From Squalus acanthias (Eukaryota): a DNA stretch of 64,000 nucleotides. This document shows positions 62,810 to 64,000 of the stretch, piece after piece; the stretch's first letter is position 1; each line of letters opens with the position of its first letter. A program made the position numbers and the translations under genes. The notes below the pieces were generated by a model. That model did no database searches. It saw nothing but the letters and a program-made list of their open reading frames with translations, and was not told where the DNA came from. Location: assembly GCA_030390025.1 (NCBI GenBank), contig CM059425.1:173044001-173108000 (forward strand), written 5' to 3'.

Positions 62810-64000
62810 GGCCAGATTTTGCCGGCACCCCATGGACGGGATGGGTGGCGGGTCAGCTGTTAAATTGAAAATGATTGACAGAGAGTCAGGAACGCACTGT
62901 CAAAACGCGCACACTGGACTTTCCTGATGGTAGGTCTGCCAGCGCTGAGCAGACCCGACACGCAGCGGCGGGGGGACCCAATTCAAATCATTAGTGGCTT
63001 GTTTACAGCCACTTAACAATGCTTTTTTCCCAGCTTTTTGAATTTGACAGATCACCCACCGTTTTCCGCTGTGCCTCCACCTCGTCTGTGAAGCTGAGGC
63101 GGGAGGTCACTTGCCATTGATTCAGCTGATGTGTTGACAGCTTCAAATGTCAACTCCAAGCTCCCAGCTGATTGAGAAATGTTCCCTTAGCCACTAGCTT
63201 CTCTAAACTGCATTTCCACTACAGATTCAGAATGCTGCAAGTCTTTACACAAGTCTCCATCCAGTCTGACCTCATTACCTCTCCCACCACTGACAGATGA
63301 CTTCTGTCATCTCTACTTCACCTGCCATCAATTCCATCAGCATCAGTGCACTTTATACTCTCTCATCTTGGTCCTCGGAATCTCACCATGATCAGCCCGA
63401 ACACCAGCATCACCAGGCACACCAGCAGCACCAGGCACACCAGCAGCACCAACAACAGTACCAACCTTCTCCGCAATCAACTGGTGCTGCACAAGACAGA
63501 GGGTATCAGCACCTGAGCTTATTGCTGCCCGGGAGGCCAGGGATGGCCTCACCATGGCCAGATTTACTTCACTTGACACTGTACATCCTGGCTGCCACAT
63601 GATGCACCAAGTTGGCACCACCCCACACCAACACCATAAAGCATCCCTACAATGCCCAAGCCATTCCTTTCACACACATCAGCATTGCAGGGGGTACCGT
63701 TATGTCTCACCATTCACTGCAATTCACTAAGCCACTTCCAAAGGTGCACACAAATCTGTCAAGAACGCAAAGCTTTGAAAATAAAGATTTCAATGTTTGA
63801 CAGCACATTAACAGAAACTTCACATGAACATTGGCTAAAACACACAAGTGCCTACCCTTGTGTGTTGTTAGTTGGTATGATTGGACTAGGATGAGGGTGA
63901 GTGTGAGGGGTGGCTAGTGAGATGGGGATGTGATAATGTAGATAGAGAGGGATGGGTGGAGGTGCAAGGTAAGTTGGTGTAAGGATGTGCAGGAGTAGGG
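62810..64000 (-). mobile_element. Deleted Harbinger element related to family 3, running off the window
   Basis: GGCCAGATTTTGCC terminus. 63600-63870 matches the reverse complement of 32730-32805 plus 33705-33900. 63885-64000 matches the family 3 Myb intron. Confidence 0.75.

Noticed and set aside
63297..63602. His/Gln-rich ORF as a host gene
   Set aside because: It is low-complexity sequence inside a deleted Harbinger element, probably a transposase 5' remnant.

Overview
This is vertebrate genomic DNA, most likely from a shark or ray (judged from a SacSINE1/DeuSINE-like SINE and CR1/L2-rich content). It is mostly intron of a minus-strand gene I identify as TMEM232, with three phase-compatible coding exons at 57518-57687, 47434-47612 and 10178-10304. 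The introns are packed with transposable elements: many CR1 and L2 LINEs, an RTE tail, a 1.7-kb solo LTR, and two Neptune-type Penelope elements. Each Penelope is inserted into a CR1 and has a 5' inverted copy of its own 3' end, so each carries minimal hammerhead ribozymes on both strands. At least three PIF/Harbinger families are present. One copy (21490-25708) looks fully intact, with a transposase and a three-exon Myb/SANT gene. Four ~890-bp derivatives of it keep only the two inward-facing promoter/5'UTR regions, fused just past the two start codons. All family and gene names come from recalled motifs and sequences, not database searches.
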